Of a stretch of DNA of 64,000 nucleotides, positions 54,613 to 62,579 are shown piece by piece. Positions within the stretch are counted from its first letter, which is position 1. Each line of letters starts with the position of its first letter. Source of the stretch: a virus (Duplodnaviria; Caudoviricetes); the IMG/VR virus record IMGVR_UViG_3300029305_003710, positions 20,153 to 84,152 of that record; one strand, written 5' to 3'. The notes under the pieces are model-generated. The model was not told where the DNA came from and ran no database searches. It saw only the letters and a program-made list of their open reading frames with translations. A program made the position numbers and the translations under genes.

Positions 54613-55133
54613 AAATCCGTCCGAAGATTTAGTTCTTCTAACATATCTGTTCGTAGATTATGAAAGTCCTCCTCTGTAAATTGCGTTAAAGGCCTCTCAG
54701 AGGCTCTAGAAGGGGTTTTTCGGTTCGAGACGGTAACAACTTCATCTTCGACATCAGAAGCCCCTTGTAGGCGATTTTGGAGCGTCTGAGGACATATATT
54801 TTCGTGGGCTTCTAGTAGCTCAATCGCGCAAGCGTATCCTAGTGCCATGTAAGCTGACATATCTTGGAATTTTTCGTCCAACAATTCCTGCGTGGGGTAA
54901 ATACCTTTGTCGATATTTTCAGCGATGTCCTCTAGGGACTCCCAGTGTTTCGAGGCGTAATAAAGACAAATCATTAAAGGATTGGTCTTAAAGGTAGAGC
55001 AAGCCTTCTTAAAGTTGCTCAACCTGTCTCCGTCGTCATCTGTGTCAGCGTACTCGGCTCGCTTTTTAATCAAGATGTTGTCGACCAAGGTGCGTAGATG
55101 TTGATAATGTTGTTCGAATTCTTGTAATTTCAT
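54609..55133 (-). CDS. Nucleotide-modification-associated/MazG-like helical protein
   Basis: KRAEYA...D.LSNF, KH..S, EK..D...Y pattern; probable start MKLQEF at 55133. Confidence 0.5.
   Translation of the reverse strand: MKLQEFEQHYQHLRTLVDNILIKKRAEYADTDDDGDRLSNFKKACSTFKTNPLMICLYYASKHWESLEDIAENIDKGIYPTQELLDEKFQDMSAYMALGYACAIELLEAHENICPQTLQNRLQGASDVEDEVVTVSNRKTPSRASERPLTQFTEEDFHNLRTDMLEELNLRTDL
54670..54791. repeat. Dispersed DNA motif, copy C (inside a CDS)
   Basis: Contains CCTCTGTAAATTGCGTT and GAGACGGTAAC (like copy A) and the 28-mer inverted relative to 22076-22103. Confidence 0.6.
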
Positions 55134-55140
55134 ATTCTTC

Positions 55141-56556
55141 CTATGCCACGATTTGGCGATAACGTTCGCTATTAACGACCTCATTCATCAAGTCTTCAGG
55201 GGTTTTGCCTTCCATAGCAAACCTAAAAGCATTCTGGTTTGAACCACTGATAAGCGTCACATTGCGGTCAAATTTAGTCGCAGGGACATTATCGGAACGA
55301 GCGTCCACGTTCCAGAACACCACTGTTGGCAATTTAAGTCCAGCTTCATTCCATTTGCGACGAGCATTTTCAAAAGCAGTTTCGTCTGCTCCAGTTATAC
55401 AGTAATCAAACTCCATATCGGAAATGATGTAAATCACTTTCGGCATATTTTCAAAGTCGTTAGAAGCCTTGGCCGCAGTAAGAAGAGCATCAAAAGCAGC
55501 TTCGATATTAGTATTCGCACCCCAATCGGCAGTTTCAATGTTATGGAGCTTTTGCGTGAGGGTATCCCCTGCTATTTCAACGAGCCGTGGTTGTTCGGAA
55601 AATGTCATAAACTTATTAGCGAACACCCCCTTGTTCCTCTCGGCGAAGTAAAGTGCAAGAGACGTGGAGATGTCCATTGGGCGTCCATACATTGAACCAG
55701 AGACATCTGCTATAACGATAGCGTTTAAGTCTTCTGGGACAAAATTATCAAGCGATTTCCAAATCGCATTAGAAGTATCGTTGTCGCCTTTGCGAACATT
55801 TTGCAGAACCTCCGCAGTAGTCACAGTTGAGGTGTTAATTTTGGCTTTGCCCTCGTTTACTTTAGTAACAAAAGCAGAGAAACGTTCCTCGTCATGTTTT
55901 TTGAAAGCAGTTGTGTGTTTACGGAAGGCTTGGGAAGGAAGCTTATCGTATTGGATTTCTCCCCATCTATTCGCTGACATATCCTGTTCGAGCAGTCGGA
56001 TTTTCTTTCTGAGTTTAGATAGCAGTTTACGATATTCACTCGCTTTGAGTCCTAAAGCTTTAGCCCAGTTCCTCGCTGCCTTACGGGTGCTTATAGAAGA
56101 AGTATTTTCTGAATCCATCCACTTTGCAAGGAGCGAAGGTTGCTCGGATTTCTCGTCCTCGGCGAGTTGTTTTTTAACAATCTCGACCGCCACAGGGTTG
56201 CTTGCTCGGTTATAGAGAAGGTCGTCCCACCGTCCGTATTCGGGAATAAATTTGAGCATTTTATTGGCAGTATCAAAATCAAGGGCAGCAAGTTCTTCCA
56301 TACACTTCCGGAAAATATCTCTCTCGCCCTGCCCCCCTCGAATATCTCGAATATAAAACAGAGTTCGTAGAGCTGTGGTCTTGTTTTTCGCATAAGCCTT
56401 TCTAAACAGGCCAACTGCTTCTTCGGGTCTAGCACGCTTGCTTGCTCCAAGAGCAAAAAAATCAAGGCATGGATTGAGGCTACTTGCGTTAGTTACACCA
56501 CCGTTTTCGGTGGTAGCCTTATTCGTTGCCTTTTGTAGTTCTTCTAAGTACCCCAT
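55141..56556 (-). CDS. DUF2828 family TROVE/Ro60-like protein with C-terminal vWA domain
   Basis: TENG, LDFF, RDIRGG.GER, YGRWDDL, LLAKW, DVSGSM (MIDAS), TFS, T.....FD.LL, ISDMEFD, VVFWNV. Confidence 0.88.
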   Translation of the reverse strand: MGYLEELQKATNKATTENGGVTNASSLNPCLDFFALGASKRARPEEAVGLFRKAYAKNKTTALRTLFYIRDIRGGQGERDIFRKCMEELAALDFDTANKMLKFIPEYGRWDDLLYNRASNPVAVEIVKKQLAEDEKSEQPSLLAKWMDSENTSSISTRKAARNWAKALGLKASEYRKLLSKLRKKIRLLEQDMSANRWGEIQYDKLPSQAFRKHTTAFKKHDEERFSAFVTKVNEGKAKINTSTVTTAEVLQNVRKGDNDTSNAIWKSLDNFVPEDLNAIVIADVSGSMYGRPMDISTSLALYFAERNKGVFANKFMTFSEQPRLVEIAGDTLTQKLHNIETADWGANTNIEAAFDALLTAAKASNDFENMPKVIYIISDMEFDYCITGADETAFENARRKWNEAGLKLPTVVFWNVDARSDNVPATKFDRNVTLISGSNQNAFRFAMEGKTPEDLMNEVVNSERYRQIVA

Positions 56557-56590
56557 GTTTCCTCCTTATATTAGTGAGGCGAACTCGTAC

Positions 56591-56686
56591 CAAGACACAA
56601 ATTTTGTACTGGAATTGAACCAGCGAAAGTTTCTGTTAAGGAAACGTTCCAACCATTGGGCTAAGGTGAGTTGCTGTATGTGTCTT
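56591..56686 (-). ncRNA. Stem-ACAGCAA scaffold RNA 2 with tRNA-like D, anticodon and T arms but no acceptor stem
   Basis: AAGACACA-t-ACAGCAA...TGTGTCTTG; TAGCCCAATGG (D-like), GTTTC-cttaaca-GAAAC, GCTGG-ttcaatt-CCAGT. Confidence 0.65.
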
Positions 56687-56696
56687 TAATGTTCGC

Positions 56697-56810
56697 TAGA
56701 CATTATATTAAGTGCTCTACCATTGAGCTATATGAGCCATGCTCATAATCGGATTCGAACCGACAACATCTCCATTATCAGTGGAATATGTTATTTGCTG
56801 TTAATGTCTA
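56697..56810 (-). ncRNA. Stem-ACAGCAA scaffold RNA 1 carrying a circularly permuted tRNA-Ile(GAU)
   Basis: TAGACATTA-ACAGCAA...TAATGTCTA encloses, in order, anticodon arm (loop CTGATAA), T arm (TTCGAAT), acceptor 3' strand TATGAGC-A, TG linker, acceptor 5' strand GCTCATA and D arm (GCTC-AATGGTA-GAGC). Confidence 0.8.
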
Positions 56811-56858
56811 CAATTCAAGTATATAGCATGAGGCTGATTTTTACAAGTATGATATCCA

Positions 56859-56885
56859 AAATCCCCACTTCGTAAAGTGGGGATA
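56859..56885. repeat. IS200/IS605 end-like hairpin, probably acting as terminator
   Basis: ATCCCCACTT-cgt-AAAGTGGGGAT resembles CCCCCACTTGAAAGTAGGGGAT at ~63777. Confidence 0.4.
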
Positions 56886-56888
56886 CTG

Positions 56889-56984
56889 TTATAGATAAAA
56901 CCCTGTCTCGATGTATTCAAGCCCGAAGCGGTTTCTAGCTCGCACAATCCTTGGGTTTCTATAACGCTTCTTATGCGTCTTCAT
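56889..56984 (-). CDS. Possible 31-aa basic peptide
   Basis: MKTHKKRYRNPRIVRARNRFGLEYIETGFYL*; no clear SD. Confidence 0.3.
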   Translation of the reverse strand: MKTHKKRYRNPRIVRARNRFGLEYIETGFYL

Positions 56985-57060
56985 AACTTCGGGAGTAGGC
57001 AGTTCCCTTTGTTTCCTTGTTTAAGTTTTATCTCCACCAACCTTTAGTGCCTATGACAAA

Positions 57061-58614
57061 TTATACCACACCATACTTAGGTTTGATTGCTTCCCAAATC
57101 TTCGAGATGCACTCTTGCTCCTTGTCTTTGCGGAGCATGAACAGATAGGGTTTCAAGTTTTGATAATTATCGAGAAGCCCAAGTTCCTTGTCTGTCAGGT
57201 GAGAAGTTTCGCTATCGGCGTCTTGGACGGCTCGCCAAATCTCGTTAAACTCCTTCGTGAATTCTCGTTGCCAAGTAATCGCTTGGGGCAGAAGTTCGTC
57301 AACCTCTACTTCTTCGGCGACTAGCTTGCCGTCTCGCATAATTTCCCAGATTCTTCGCTTATTAAAGCCCGAGATTAAGCGGTGTCGTTCAAGCCACCAG
57401 GAGCCTTTTATCTTGACACGCTCGCCAGTCTGGGGGTTCAGTGCAACTACGCCTTCTACCTCACCCTTGATATATTTTTTGTAGTCAGTAATCTGCTCTG
57501 CATAAGGAAAGGGTGATAGTTCTTGAGGGTTTAGTTCTTCCCCCTCGAGGGTTCTAATGCCCCAGCAAATTAGCATTGGCTCGTAATGTTTCGTGACGAT
57601 AATGGCTTCGTCGCCTTCAAAGTTTTGGCAAAGTTCGCAAAAGTAAGATAACCCCTCGATAAGGTTTTCTTGTATCGCCGGGGTGATGAACTTCTTGGCA
57701 GCGTCCACATACTTATTATCAAAACTCCCTCGTGAAGCGACGATAAGCCCGAAAATGGGGTCTTTTTTCACGATAATCATATAGCCGTCGCTTTTGGAGG
57801 TGATGACGGATTTGTTGAGATTAACCTTTGCAGCAAACGGCTCGCCAAGATTGAAAAACTTTTCTGGCGGGTTGACGACAATGTTTCTACCATTGAGGAT
57901 TAGCCCTCGGCATTTCCGCGTGACATCAGTCCAATAACCTTCGTAGTCGCACTGTTTTGTATAGTTATAGATTTTCAAGGGCAAAGTGGGGTGTGTTGCG
58001 ACGCGGATGTTCCCTGCCTCGACTTCTTTTTGCAGTCGCTCGAACCAACTCTCACTTACACAAGTATAAGTTCTCTTGAAATGAAAGCCCTTACACTTCC
58101 ACCCGTATTCGAGGGAAGCCCATATCCTGTTGGGTTTTGCCCCTACATCTCGAGCGGCTTCTGAAATACTCCGATAGCGTTTAAGGGTTTCGACACAATA
58201 GACGGGGACGAGTTCCATCTTATTGCTAGTGCTTTGGTTAAGAGTATAGATTCTATGCTTCATATTTTCCGACGAAGATACCCACTCAAGATTTTCAACT
58301 CGATTGTCTCGACGGTCGCCGTTTTTGTGGTTGACTTCTTTTCCCCCGTCTGGGTTAGGGATAAATACTTCTGCCACAAGGCGATGGACATATTTTCCTT
58401 GCCAGCCCGCAGTGTTATAAAGCCTAGCCTTAATATAGGCAGTTTTATCTTTTTTCGTCGGCTGGGGGTTGAGCACTTTCCCCTTATATCGCCATTCTCC
58501 AAGTTTGTGTTGGACAACACGAGGCACACTCCTTACTCTGCCGAGTGAACTTACCTCATATAACCCTTCATACCCCTTAACGGGCAACCATTTTTCTTGT
58601 AGTATTTCCTCCAT
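57061..58614 (-). CDS. NUMOD4-HNH endonuclease fused in frame to a T4 Rnl1-like RNA ligase
   Basis: N-term W.PV.GYEG.YEVS..GRVRS, VHRLVA, VNHKNG...DNR..NLEW; C-term IYNY, CRGLI, KFFN.GE, KSDG (motif I), ASRGSF, EGVV, RVKIK. Confidence 0.85.
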   Translation of the reverse strand: MEEILQEKWLPVKGYEGLYEVSSLGRVRSVPRVVQHKLGEWRYKGKVLNPQPTKKDKTAYIKARLYNTAGWQGKYVHRLVAEVFIPNPDGGKEVNHKNGDRRDNRVENLEWVSSSENMKHRIYTLNQSTSNKMELVPVYCVETLKRYRSISEAARDVGAKPNRIWASLEYGWKCKGFHFKRTYTCVSESWFERLQKEVEAGNIRVATHPTLPLKIYNYTKQCDYEGYWTDVTRKCRGLILNGRNIVVNPPEKFFNLGEPFAAKVNLNKSVITSKSDGYMIIVKKDPIFGLIVASRGSFDNKYVDAAKKFITPAIQENLIEGLSYFCELCQNFEGDEAIIVTKHYEPMLICWGIRTLEGEELNPQELSPFPYAEQITDYKKYIKGEVEGVVALNPQTGERVKIKGSWWLERHRLISGFNKRRIWEIMRDGKLVAEEVEVDELLPQAITWQREFTKEFNEIWRAVQDADSETSHLTDKELGLLDNYQNLKPYLFMLRKDKEQECISKIWEAIKPKYGVV

Positions 58615-58642
58615 ACACTATTAGTATAATGGAAGAATTATT

Positions 58643-59530
58643 TTACCGCAAATCTAGTCTGGCGGCGTCGAAGGTTGCATTTCCCTTTTTATCAAAAGTA
58701 ACTTCGAGAAAACTATTGTCGCCGATTGGCACAGAAAACCCTGCATACCAAACCCACGCTTCGGAGTGGGTGTCGCAGAACACTAATTGTTTAGAGCCTT
58801 TGTCTGCATCAGAAATCTGGTAGGTCTCGATAGTCTTCACGGGCGTATGCCCAACAATCTGATTGAGTCCCCACGGAGCGTGTCCTTCGTTGTTTTCATC
58901 GCCTAAGAGGTCAGACTTATCTGCCCAAAGCGGTGAGGGATTGCCTAGCCCGCCACGGCTCGACCCTGCTTGCCCAAAAGCCCTAAAGAGTTTGTCGTCG
59001 GGGTTTGATAATCCTTCTAAAAAACCATAGCCTAAAATGTTCGCAACCTTACAGGCTAAAGTCCCCTCTTTCCCGTTTAGGAGTTCAAGCAAGCTCGGAT
59101 AGTGGTTTTTAAGGAGAAGTTTGAGGTCTTCAAACCACCTTTCATCTAGCCCACCGTGAGTAAATAAATAATTTCCTTTGGAGTAAGCCATATCAAAGAC
59201 AGGCACATTTCCGTCAAGCCTTGTCTTGTAGAGGTCTTTGACAAGCGAGTGCGTTTCTTCCTTATAGCCTGAACAAGCAAAATCTCCTCCCCAACCTTCT
59301 GATAAATCGTGATTGCCGAGTAAAAGAGTAATCTTTTGAGGATTATCAAGTTTCAAATCAACTAGTTCTTTTAAGGTGTTGTAGGATTGTTCTGGAGTAG
59401 CCAGCCAATCATCAACATAGTCCCCCAAAAAGATTATTCGGTCGTATTTAGGCAAAAGCTCTTTAGCTTTTTTGATAATCCTAGGCTTACAATGTATGTC
59501 ACCAAAAACAGCCACCTTCAGTATCTTCAT
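58643..59530 (-). CDS. Calcineurin-like metallophosphoesterase
   Basis: GDIH, LGDYVD, GNHD, THGG and VGHT motifs. Confidence 0.88.
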   Translation of the reverse strand: MKILKVAVFGDIHCKPRIIKKAKELLPKYDRIIFLGDYVDDWLATPEQSYNTLKELVDLKLDNPQKITLLLGNHDLSEGWGGDFACSGYKEETHSLVKDLYKTRLDGNVPVFDMAYSKGNYLFTHGGLDERWFEDLKLLLKNHYPSLLELLNGKEGTLACKVANILGYGFLEGLSNPDDKLFRAFGQAGSSRGGLGNPSPLWADKSDLLGDENNEGHAPWGLNQIVGHTPVKTIETYQISDADKGSKQLVFCDTHSEAWVWYAGFSVPIGDNSFLEVTFDKKGNATFDAARLDLR

Positions 59531-59877
59531 GAATTATTCTCCGTTAGGTAATCGTATAAGTCTCCTGGGGTCTTGAGGTCGTATTTTTTCTTCCCCGCGG
59601 TGATTGTTCGAGAGGATTTTTTAGCTTTGCCCCGATTAGGACATTCCCAGAGCCACCAAGAGATAGTGCTCCCGTATTTTTGGTCGGGGTTATCTCCCAT
59701 AATTCGCTCTAGCCAATCTACAATGTGAGAGTTAATATCCGTTCCAAAACTCATAAAGTCGGACATTTCCCCTCCGTAGTCTTTGAGGGCTTGAGTGAGC
59801 TTAAACTCCCGTTCCTCTTGAGCGATAATGAAGTTAATAATCTCTGTGAATAGTTCTCTGTCCATTTTAGCCTCCAT
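59527..59877 (-). CDS. Hypothetical phage protein
   Basis: ISWWLWE and DLYDYL segments; coupled ORF. Confidence 0.65.
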   Translation of the reverse strand: MEAKMDRELFTEIINFIIAQEEREFKLTQALKDYGGEMSDFMSFGTDINSHIVDWLERIMGDNPDQKYGSTISWWLWECPNRGKAKKSSRTITAGKKKYDLKTPGDLYDYLTENNS

Positions 59878-60370
59878 ATTTTGTTACGTTATCTTGTGCC
59901 CGATAATTTTCTTCTGCAAGCGAAGCGAGCTTTCTAACGGCAAGAAAATTGTCGCAATATCGATTATATACTACTTCTGCCACGTCGCAATTATAAGCCC
60001 ATTCAAACTCAAGCTTTAGAGCGGCTTGATATTCTTTCTTAGTTTGAACATAGTCGTCCCTATCAGAGGCACTTGATAATCCTAAAGCTTCTTTATTCTT
60101 GTTAGCACCACTTCGGATTTGTGCTCGAATGGTTTTAGTATCGTTCTTCGCATAAGCATAGGCACGGCGAGTTTTAGCCAGAATAATACCCGTTTCAGCA
60201 ATAATCTGGGGCAGATTGGAGAGATAATATCGGATTTGTTCGTCGTTTAAGGACTCTAAGTCCCCTCTGGCAGTAGACAATTCAAGCTCCTTGACGGATT
60301 GGTCGATTTTAGAGACATATCGATTAAGTCTTTCGAGTCTTTCTGAGGTGGTTTGTAGTAAGTCTTCCAT
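59867..60370 (-). CDS. Coiled-coil hypothetical protein
   Basis: 167-aa helical ORF. Confidence 0.65.
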   Translation of the reverse strand: MEDLLQTTSERLERLNRYVSKIDQSVKELELSTARGDLESLNDEQIRYYLSNLPQIIAETGIILAKTRRAYAYAKNDTKTIRAQIRSGANKNKEALGLSSASDRDDYVQTKKEYQAALKLEFEWAYNCDVAEVVYNRYCDNFLAVRKLASLAEENYRAQDNVTKYGG

Positions 60371-60373
60371 ACC

Positions 60374-60601
60374 CTAAAACCTTGATTCTTTACTAGTAAG
60401 ATGCCATCCATGACAATAAGGGCATGGATAATATCTTTTAGGCTGTCTCTGATGAGGAATCTTATTCCATTTACGAGATGCCTGTCTCAAGGCCTTTCTG
60501 CACTCCTCCTCGGTTGCAAAACGTTTCTTCTTTTTGCAAGTCTGGTATTCCTTAAATCCTGGGCTACTCATTAAGTATTTCTCCAGAAGTTTCAATAGCA
60601 T
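60374..60601 (-). CDS. Small Zn-ribbon-like protein
   Basis: CKKK.RF.T, YYPCPYCHGWHLTS. Confidence 0.6.
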   Translation of the reverse strand: MLLKLLEKYLMSSPGFKEYQTCKKKKRFATEEECRKALRQASRKWNKIPHQRQPKRYYPCPYCHGWHLTSKESRF

Positions 60602-60902
60602 GAATTAGAGAATTGGCATATTTTGTTACGCCATTTTGAAGCCCGATGAAATAAATTTGTACGAGTAGTTTAACTGCGTTATCGGATAGCCCTTCTTTTA
60701 TTGCCTCTTCGAGCATCAAGTTGCCTGTCTCTTTTAACGAGTCTTTATAGTCTTGTGCGGTTTTAAAGATTAAAAGTCTTAATTCCTTGGACATAGCTTC
60801 GTTATTGTTTTCGGGATAATTTAGGGCATCACTATTAAGACGAAGCTGTAAAGGCTTAAAAAAGTCGTCAGAAATAAGCTTTTTGTAGAGGTCATCATTC
60901 AT
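60564..60902 (-). CDS. Hypothetical protein
   Basis: 112-aa coupled ORF. Confidence 0.5.
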   Translation of the reverse strand: MNDDLYKKLISDDFFKPLQLRLNSDALNYPENNNEAMSKELRLLIFKTAQDYKDSLKETGNLMLEEAIKEGLSDNAVKLLVQIYFIGLQNGVTKYANSLIHAIETSGEILNE

Positions 60903-61882
60903 ATAGCTTTCCCATTAAAGTTTAGTCTAATATTTCTATGAGTTTTCCGGGAGAATCCTTTAGGCAAAGATTTGCCAGATTTGACTAAGTTTTGGACTAA
61001 TTTGGGGTTAGGAACTCTTTGAAAAATCTTCCCATTCTCCACAAAAGCGTTAGGAATTTCTTCTTTTGAGGTGTATTCCAATGGAATTTCCGAAGGATTT
61101 GAGACCTCAATTTTAACCGTGTCGTAAATGGAAACTGACAATTTATCATCTCCAAGATTGACCGTTTTAGAAATTTTGCCCACAGTAGAGTCCTTAAGTC
61201 TTTGTTTAATTTCTAGGATTTGGTTATTCAAAGCTTCCCGAATGGCTAGTTGTGTTTTTAAAGCCTCGTCTTGGGCCTGAAGTTCTTGCTCTAATTTAAT
61301 TAAAGTAAGACTGCTCTCTTTGATACAGGCATCGTCATAAGTCGAATTAAGGGCTTGTCTAAACTTATCAAAAATCTCTTCGTCGGGATAAAAACGTCTA
61401 CATTTGTATGCTTGTTCTGAGGGCAAATCAGGGTTATAAAGGACTAAATCCCAAAACTCTCTCTCGGAAAGAAATAAATTCCAATAAATTTGGGCAATAA
61501 TATGATTATCTAAATGTTCCCAAACTTCGTTCATGTGTTCAGGAAGAAAACTTTTTATCTCTAGTCCAGCGGAGACTTCTTTTATAAGCCCGTCAGGAGA
61601 ACTAAGTGCGTTTGGGTAAGAATCGTTCAATATTGCCCCGGCTTCTATCACCGTGACATGATTTAAATCCGAATAAAGCTGACGGGCCTCATCTTCAAGC
61701 AGATGTCCTCTCGCAGTGTATTTATTCCCATTGAAATCATCTTCTTTCTTAGAATCTTCAATAACATCCTTTAGGCTTTCCCCAGCTAGGAGTTTCCATG
61801 CCGAGGTTCCGGTAACCTTCCCTTTACGAAGCTGATGCCACTCTTCGCTGCCTTGAATCAAATCATATAAGATTGTAACCAT
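60899..61882 (-). CDS. YqaJ/lambda-exonuclease-family recombination nuclease
   Basis: QGSEEW..LR.G.VTGT, RGH.LE..AR, SSPDG, LEIK, AQI. Confidence 0.85.
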   Translation of the reverse strand: MVTILYDLIQGSEEWHQLRKGKVTGTSAWKLLAGESLKDVIEDSKKEDDFNGNKYTARGHLLEDEARQLYSDLNHVTVIEAGAILNDSYPNALSSPDGLIKEVSAGLEIKSFLPEHMNEVWEHLDNHIIAQIYWNLFLSEREFWDLVLYNPDLPSEQAYKCRRFYPDEEIFDKFRQALNSTYDDACIKESSLTLIKLEQELQAQDEALKTQLAIREALNNQILEIKQRLKDSTVGKISKTVNLGDDKLSVSIYDTVKIEVSNPSEIPLEYTSKEEIPNAFVENGKIFQRVPNPKLVQNLVKSGKSLPKGFSRKTHRNIRLNFNGKAI

Positions 61883-62520
61883 TACGATTCCTTTGCTCTG
61901 GCTAAAATGGCATTCCTCACCTTTTTAGAACGGGCTAAAAGGTCTCTTTCTTCGTCAGTGATTAATTGTGCAAGATTATCAAAATCAATTCCTTCTGCAC
62001 CATCTAATTCCTGTTCGGCAACCTTTTCCCAGTTCTGCACTTGAGAAGGAAGAGCCCAGTCTGGTAAAGATTCTCTAGGGTCAGAAGTAAATTGTTTAAA
62101 CTCGTTAATTGTCATCCAGCGGTTATCTAAATAATAAAGATATCTCCCTATCCCGAACTGGACAGCGGCTCTTTTTAGCCCATCAGAAACAGCTCCTTTC
62201 AACGGAGAAGCCTTAGAGCTTTCGCCGACATCTTCTCGTGTAACCCATTCACCAGTAGGAAATTTAAGAGAGAGGGAGAATTTTGTACCGATAAGTTTCC
62301 CGTTTTCAAAGATAGGTTCATGGCTAGTTTGCCAACCTTCAGGCCCACAAACTTCATCAAGCCGCTTCTCTACGTCTCTGGCAGTTATATAAAAAAGTGG
62401 GATACCTTTATCGCCTTTCTTGCTGGTTGCTCCAACCCTAAATTTCAAGACGTTTTTTGGGAATGGATTTTTTAACTGTTCGATAAAAGCCTGTTCTCGA
62501 GTTTTTGGTTTTTCCGCCAT
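61882..62520 (-). CDS. sak: Rad52/22-family single-strand annealing protein (Sak-like)
   Basis: YITAR.V..RLD.V.G...W, .ED.G, KGA.SDG.KRAAV.FGIGRYLY. Confidence 0.85.
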   Translation of the reverse strand: MAEKPKTREQAFIEQLKNPFPKNVLKFRVGATSKKGDKGIPLFYITARDVEKRLDEVCGPEGWQTSHEPIFENGKLIGTKFSLSLKFPTGEWVTREDVGESSKASPLKGAVSDGLKRAAVQFGIGRYLYYLDNRWMTINEFKQFTSDPRESLPDWALPSQVQNWEKVAEQELDGAEGIDFDNLAQLITDEERDLLARSKKVRNAILARAKES

Positions 62521-62579
62521 AATGCCTCCTTTCCTTTAATTATATCGAAGAAACGAGATTTAGGCAAGCTGGAAGGCTT

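Noticed and set aside
56713-56786. Calling this a conventional tRNA-Ile gene
   Set aside because: The halves are in permuted order, the acceptor is closed by a loop and there is no CCA, so it is reported as an ncRNA.
62560-62579. A second target for the TnpB guide within this window
   Set aside because: Only ~9-nt partial matches were noticed by eye (e.g. near 3754 and 55923). A proper search of the full phage and host genomes is needed.
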